DNA from: a virus
IMG/VR virus record: IMGVR_UViG_3300030118_003002
Coordinates: 32,235-96,234 of that record
Length of the DNA: 64,000 bases
Direction: 5' to 3' (one strand)
In this document: in pieces, positions 59,294 to 64,000 of the stretch
Numbering within the stretch: position 1 is the stretch's first letter
Layout of the letters: each line of letters starts with the position of its first letter
Position numbers and translations under genes: made by a program
The notes under the pieces: model-generated
Database searches by the model: none
What the model saw: the letters and a program-made list of their open reading frames with translations, nothing else
What the model was told of the DNA's origin: nothing

Positions 59294-59820
59294 TTTATTT
59301 GACTAAACGCTTTGAATACACTATTAGCGATAGAAGTTTTAGTGAAAGCGAGACAAAGAAAATATTTGCTGATGCTGGAATTGATTGGCCTACAAGAGCA
59401 GAAAGATATGAACAACTAAAAGGAACTATATTTCAAGAAGTGGATGGTGAATGGTGGATTTCATATTTAGATGGAAAACCCGTTGGTTCATATGGAATTG
59501 CTAAGTTTGAAGGAGTTTATTTATCTTTAGGTGCAAGAAGTTATTCTGCTGGTGCAGGTGAATTTGCATCAAGATATGTTGTGAATAAACATGGTGATAA
59601 ACCAATTTTAGCGAATGGTGCAACTCAAGATGGAGTAAAACTATTGAATAAATTAAAATTTAAACCGATAGAAGTGAAGAATGGATTAATTCAAGGTAAT
59701 GAAGATGTGCCAACAGAAGTAAAATCTGCTTTAGAAGCCGCTAAAGATAGAGGCGGAACAATAGTCAGAAAAATATATTTGAAAAATTCAGACACATGGT
59801 TTGTTTTATTGAGGAATTAA
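59290..59820 (+). CDS. Possible GNAT-fold protein
   Basis: WWISYLDGKPVG, AGAG, GVKLLNKLKFK pattern. Confidence 0.35.
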   Translation: MIYLTKRFEYTISDRSFSESETKKIFADAGIDWPTRAERYEQLKGTIFQEVDGEWWISYLDGKPVGSYGIAKFEGVYLSLGARSYSAGAGEFASRYVVNKHGDKPILANGATQDGVKLLNKLKFKPIEVKNGLIQGNEDVPTEVKSALEAAKDRGGTIVRKIYLKNSDTWFVLLRN

Positions 59821-59821
59821 T

Positions 59822-61252
59822 ATGGAAGTTGAACCGTTTAATTTTGAACATCAGATGGATATGGAGTTATCCAAAAACTCTTTTCCATACTTCTTTCAGA
59901 ATGTATTAGGTTTTGACTTTCCTTCTTATATCAGTGAATGGCATGACCTAATGAATGAAACTCAAAGAACAGTTATTATTTGTAGTCGTGACCACGGAAA
60001 ATCTGTATTTATGCACAGTTGGGTTGTTTGGAAATTAATTTTCGAAGAGCCACCATATCAAATGCTTTACATTTCATCTAACCAAAAACAGACATTGGTT
60101 CACATGAGAGATATTGACAAGATGTTTAACCATCCCATGTTAAAGAAATACAAACCTGCTAGGGGATGGGCTATTGGAAACATTACACTAACTAATGGTA
60201 ATCAAATCTTAGAGCGTTCAGTAGGTTCACAGATTCGTGGATTGCACCCTCAAGAAATAGTAATTGACGACCCTTTGAAAGAGTTTAGTATGACAGGTAT
60301 TCAGAAGGTTACAGATTGGTTTTATGGTGATATGATTCCGACACTTCACCACACCGCTTCTCTAAGAGTAATTGGAACTCCATTTAGTTATACAGATATT
60401 TACCAACAGTTATCAGAAAACGATGCTTATACTGTTAGAACATACCCATGTCTTAATTCTTTGAATGAACCGTTATGGCCGGAGAGATGGAATTATGATG
60501 CACTAATGGCGAGAAAGGCGGAAGTAGGTTCGCTTATGTTCACAAGAGAATATATGTGTGTGCCTATTTCAACAGGAACTTCTCTATTCAATCCGGATTA
60601 TTTAGAGAAAGCCAAGAACAAAGATTATGTTTTGAAGCCTCAAAGACGAGAGGGATTCAAGTATTATGTTGGAGTTGACCCTGCTATTTCAACAGATGGC
60701 GACTACAATGTAATTACTGTATTAGAAGTTGATGAACATGACAATAAGACAATAGTATTTGTTGACCGTTCAAAGAATGTTGAGTTTAGAGAGAACATAG
60801 AAAAGGTTCGTCTAATAGGAAAAATGTTCCATCCCGAAGTAGTCCTTTTTGAAACAAACACCTTTGCTAAATCATTTACACAGGAGTTAAGGAATGTGTC
60901 TGATTTGAATGTGCATGATTTCAATACCACTAGAAAACGAAAGGAGGAAATTATTCTTAGCCTTCAAATGAATTTTGAAAATGAGAAGATTAGACTACCT
61001 TATGGTAATGAAGAAAGTCGGAGAGTTACTATGACACTGATAGAAGAATTGTCAATGTTTGCTATTACTGATAAAGGAAAGTTTGAGGGTATTGGAGCGC
61101 ATGACGATATGGTGATGAGCCTAGCATTAGCAAATGCCGCAACACATACTATGAGTGAAACATTCATACTATTGGATGACTTGGGCTTATTTGAGCCGGT
61201 TAAAACTAACAAGTATGCGAAGACTAACGGCTTTTTGGGAATGAACTTTTGA
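59822..61252 (+). CDS. terL: Terminase large subunit
   Basis: SRDHGKS Walker A, IVIDDP Walker B, VIGTP, VGVDPA and HDDMVMSLALA nuclease motifs. Confidence 0.93.
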   Translation: MEVEPFNFEHQMDMELSKNSFPYFFQNVLGFDFPSYISEWHDLMNETQRTVIICSRDHGKSVFMHSWVVWKLIFEEPPYQMLYISSNQKQTLVHMRDIDKMFNHPMLKKYKPARGWAIGNITLTNGNQILERSVGSQIRGLHPQEIVIDDPLKEFSMTGIQKVTDWFYGDMIPTLHHTASLRVIGTPFSYTDIYQQLSENDAYTVRTYPCLNSLNEPLWPERWNYDALMARKAEVGSLMFTREYMCVPISTGTSLFNPDYLEKAKNKDYVLKPQRREGFKYYVGVDPAISTDGDYNVITVLEVDEHDNKTIVFVDRSKNVEFRENIEKVRLIGKMFHPEVVLFETNTFAKSFTQELRNVSDLNVHDFNTTRKRKEEIILSLQMNFENEKIRLPYGNEESRRVTMTLIEELSMFAITDKGKFEGIGAHDDMVMSLALANAATHTMSETFILLDDLGLFEPVKTNKYAKTNGFLGMNF

Positions 61253-61261
61253 GGTGGTTAT

Positions 61262-62911
61262 ATGACTGAACCAGAACAAAAAGAAGAAGCGGCAGAGGAA
61301 CTTAAAGAATCTGCTAAACTCCAAAGAGAATCTAAGAAAAAATTAGAACAAGTTCAAGCCGATTTAGGAACTAAATTAGCAGGTGTTTCTGATTATGTCA
61401 TGTCAGATTATGAAGCGGTGACTACTCTTTCAAAGAATCTGAATATAAACGCCACTGATGCTAGAAAAAGGTTATCCACCTTCCCGTCTGAATATGTTGT
61501 TGATGGACAAAACATTCCAGATTTAGTTAGAAAGATGCGTAAAGCAAGAAGGAAATTAAAAGGTGATTCTAGAATTAGAATGTCTGAAGCGATTGATACC
61601 GTTATTGATGGTTATGCAGACCACATCAATAAATGCATTGATTCTATTTATTGGATTAAACCTTACAAAGTTCCGCTATTAAAGATGAGATTCAACGAAA
61701 AAGATTTATCTAAATTAAATAAAATTTCAGAAGTTAAAGAGAGAAGAGTTGTTGTTGACTCTCTTTGTAAATTATGGGAAATTGATTTGAAAAAGGAAGG
61801 AATGGCTTTTAGTTCTGAATACGCTAAATTAGAGAAAGAATCTAGATTAGCAAAGAAACAGTTTAGAGAAGAATTAAAAAAGGTTAGTGACCAATCTTTA
61901 GTTAAATCAAAGAAAGAAAGAACATTAGACTTTATTATGAAAGCAATATGTGAAAATCCGGGAATTGGTCTATTAAGCATACATGATAAAATGCCAAATC
62001 AATTACACAAAATGAATTCATCAAACACTATTTCTAAGATGATTAAAAAATTAGAAGTGGGTCATTATGATGGGTCATATTACAAATTACCTAATGAATT
62101 AAAGAAAAATGTATGGGCTTATACTGCCGCATTTATTGATTCAGACGGCTACATTACTATGGATAGAAACCATAATCCAAGAGTAGGTTTAGTGGCAACA
62201 GGAGAAAGAGGTAAAGTGTTTATGAATGAAATGCACAAGTCTATTGGTTTTGGTAAGTTACACTTAGACCAAAAATCCCCACAAGATACAAGACCTGTAA
62301 ATCGCCTTAACTTTTATTCGCAAGATGATGTGTATAATCTATTGACAAAGTGCTTGCCACACTTTAGAATGAAGAAGGGTAATGCTGAATTGTTGCTAGA
62401 ATTAATACGCATGAAGAAGTCATACAAGAAGGCTGATTGGTATAAGGGCAGGTGTGAAGAAATATTCAAACTGATGAAGTGGGAGAACCACAAAGACCAT
62501 GTTGGGTTTGACTTTTCCAAAGAGGGAATATATGTTGATGATATTTCTAAATTACAAGGCAATTGTAAAATGAGCCTTATGGATGAGTTAGAAGGCATCG
62601 GAGGAATTATTGCTAAACAACAAGTAAAGACATTTGTAATTACAGAAGTTGATTGGGATGATGCAGAATATATCGAAGGTGAATCTGTTAGATTAGATGA
62701 AAGCGATTTACCAACATACATGGCCGTTCCTATTGCTGATTTGGGCTTTCCCGATGATTGGGCTATGACACAAGAATACATAGATGATGCAATAAATAAC
62801 TTTTTAGAAGATGAAACAGGCTACACTGCTAAAGGATTTATGTGGCACTATGTTGATGAGAATGGTAAAGTAATGCAACCGGAAGATTTTCCGGAATATG
62901 AGGAGGAATAA
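61262..62911 (+). CDS. Multidomain protein with LAGLIDADG domain
   Basis: AYTAAFIDSDGYI motif preceded by helical and wHTH-like regions; acidic C-terminus. Confidence 0.65.
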   Translation: MTEPEQKEEAAEELKESAKLQRESKKKLEQVQADLGTKLAGVSDYVMSDYEAVTTLSKNLNINATDARKRLSTFPSEYVVDGQNIPDLVRKMRKARRKLKGDSRIRMSEAIDTVIDGYADHINKCIDSIYWIKPYKVPLLKMRFNEKDLSKLNKISEVKERRVVVDSLCKLWEIDLKKEGMAFSSEYAKLEKESRLAKKQFREELKKVSDQSLVKSKKERTLDFIMKAICENPGIGLLSIHDKMPNQLHKMNSSNTISKMIKKLEVGHYDGSYYKLPNELKKNVWAYTAAFIDSDGYITMDRNHNPRVGLVATGERGKVFMNEMHKSIGFGKLHLDQKSPQDTRPVNRLNFYSQDDVYNLLTKCLPHFRMKKGNAELLLELIRMKKSYKKADWYKGRCEEIFKLMKWENHKDHVGFDFSKEGIYVDDISKLQGNCKMSLMDELEGIGGIIAKQQVKTFVITEVDWDDAEYIEGESVRLDESDLPTYMAVPIADLGFPDDWAMTQEYIDDAINNFLEDETGYTAKGFMWHYVDENGKVMQPEDFPEYEEE

Positions 62912-62913
62912 TT

Positions 62914-63120
62914 ATGACATGGGAAGAAGTATTGAAAAAGAAAAAGAAAAAATCAACTGTTAATCAAGCAGGTAATTATACTAAACCTAAAATGAGAAAG
63001 AGAATATTCAACAGAATTAAAGCGGGAACAAAAGGCGGTGCTGCGGGTCAATGGTCTGCAAGAAAAGCACAAATGTTGGCTCAAGCATACAAAAAGGCTG
63101 GTGGTGGCTATCGGGATTAA
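62914..63120 (+). CDS. W-tag plus DUF5872-like N-terminal half
   Basis: MTWEEVLK; YTKP..R......IKAG.KGG..GQWSARKAQ.LA..YK..GGGY. Confidence 0.75.
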   Translation: MTWEEVLKKKKKKSTVNQAGNYTKPKMRKRIFNRIKAGTKGGAAGQWSARKAQMLAQAYKKAGGGYRD

Positions 63121-63385
63121 TTGGCGTGATGTTCTCAAAGCCAAATCAAAAAGGCAACAGGACTTAACCACTTGGACTCAAGAAGAATGGGGAAGTCAAG
63201 AACAACACCGAGCGAAAGCAAAAGGGAAAAAAGCACCATCTAAAACTAAAGGTAGGTATATGCCGAAAGCAACTTATCAAAGAACAGATAAAAAGACATT
63301 AGATTATCAAGATTCCAAGAAAAGAAAGGGGCGAAAAAAGGGTAGGCAACACATACCAACAGGAAAGAAGTTTAGTCAGAAGTGA
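63101..63385 (+). CDS. W-tag plus DUF5872-like second half (start uncertain: GTG 63101/63104 or ATT 63116)
   Basis: INWRDVLK then QQDLTTWTQEEWG...GRYMPKA. Confidence 0.65.
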   Translation: MVAIGINWRDVLKAKSKRQQDLTTWTQEEWGSQEQHRAKAKGKKAPSKTKGRYMPKATYQRTDKKTLDYQDSKKRKGRKKGRQHIPTGKKFSQK

Positions 63386-63389
63386 TAAT

Positions 63390-63731
63390 ATGAAATGGCA
63401 AACTCTTCTAAAAAAAGACCCCAAGAAAGGAACGGGTAAAAAACCAAAAGGTTCTGATAGAAGATTATACACTGACGAAAACCCAAAAGACACTGTTCCC
63501 GTTAAGTTTAAGACCGCAGATGATGTGAAAGAAACATTCAGTAGTTCGGCATTCAAGAACAGGTCACATAAAAGACAGTCACAAATAATTAATTTAGTTG
63601 AACAAAGAGCAAGAGTAGCGGCTAAAAGAGCAAAAAATCCAGAAACAAAAAAGAGATTAAATGCTGCACACAAAGTCGCTTTAGCAAGAAAAGAATCTAG
63701 TAAAGAAAAAACAAAGAGGATGAGAGAATGA
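63390..63731 (+). CDS. W-tag basic protein (MKWQTLLKK)
   Basis: DPKKGTGKKPKGSDRRLYTDENP motif of phage-type basic proteins. Confidence 0.7.
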   Translation: MKWQTLLKKDPKKGTGKKPKGSDRRLYTDENPKDTVPVKFKTADDVKETFSSSAFKNRSHKRQSQIINLVEQRARVAAKRAKNPETKKRLNAAHKVALARKESSKEKTKRMRE

Positions 63732-64000
63732 GTTGGAAAGATATATTAAAAACAGAAAAAGCACACTGCGGTTCAGAAAAATTAGATGATGAAGAAGAAC
63801 CTTTTGAAAAATTAACAGGAAACCAAGATAGAATTGATGCTAATAAAGATGGTAAAATTAGCGGAGAGGATTTCAAATTACTTAGGGATAAAAAGGTCGC
63901 TAAGAAAATGAAATCTGATTCTCAAATAGAAAAGGAGATACTTGCAGAAATTAAAAAAGAAGGTGGGGCATTAGGAATGAAAAACCTAAAAGCAATTGCA
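63728..64000 (+). CDS. W-tag protein with EF-hand-like loop (3'-truncated; not in ORF track)
   Basis: Read manually: MSWKDILK...IDANKDGKISGEDFKLL. Confidence 0.7.
   Translation, partial: MSWKDILKTEKAHCGSEKLDDEEEPFEKLTGNQDRIDANKDGKISGEDFKLLRDKKVAKKMKSDSQIEKEILAEIKKEGGALGMKNLKAIA

Noticed and set aside
61262-62911. Portal protein, expected after terL
   Set aside because: No portal-like features seen; contains a LAGLIDADG motif instead; portal and capsid genes probably lie beyond the window
649-63673. Numerous short antisense ORFs in the track (for example 2221-2529, 9836-10147, 28466-28912, 56908-57252)
   Set aside because: Shadow frames opposite well-supported genes, with S/F/L/I-rich composition

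Overview
The window is a 64-kb segment of a tailed dsDNA archaeal virus. It most resembles the magroviruses of Marine Group II Euryarchaeota (Poseidoniales); this is inferred from gene content, not from a database search. Layout: (1) 1-6.1 kb, + strand tail/fibre genes. (2) 6.2-42.9 kb, a long - strand block with a near-complete archaeal replisome (split PolB with YGHTDS, PCNA, two RFC-like subunits, fused primase, MCM-like ATPase, RPA-like protein, ATP ligase, ERCC4, Cas4-like and DEDD nucleases, UvrD-like helicase), class II RNR, GroEL/GroES, TFB, PC4, histone-fold and Myb-like proteins, and an intron-containing tRNA-Lys(UUU). (3) 42.9-47.5 kb, an origin-like repeat region and short transcription units marked by an ACCATATGGT palindrome, including an ORF-less structured RNA. 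(4) 47.8-64 kb, + strand late/head region with the terminase. Four leads stand out. First, a dispersed virus-encoded ubiquitin-like pathway: Ubl ending in GG, a ThiF/E1, a JAB peptidase and a candidate E2-like protein. Second, about 17 unrelated small proteins sharing an N-terminal M-[STNK]-W-x-x-[IVL]-[ILV]-K tag, possibly a capsid-loading signal on shuffled cassettes. Third, two paralogous genes whose ORFs are each clamped by a covarying 24-bp 5'UTR/3'UTR stem. Fourth, a ~380-nt structured ncRNA. All family calls are by-eye motif recognition.
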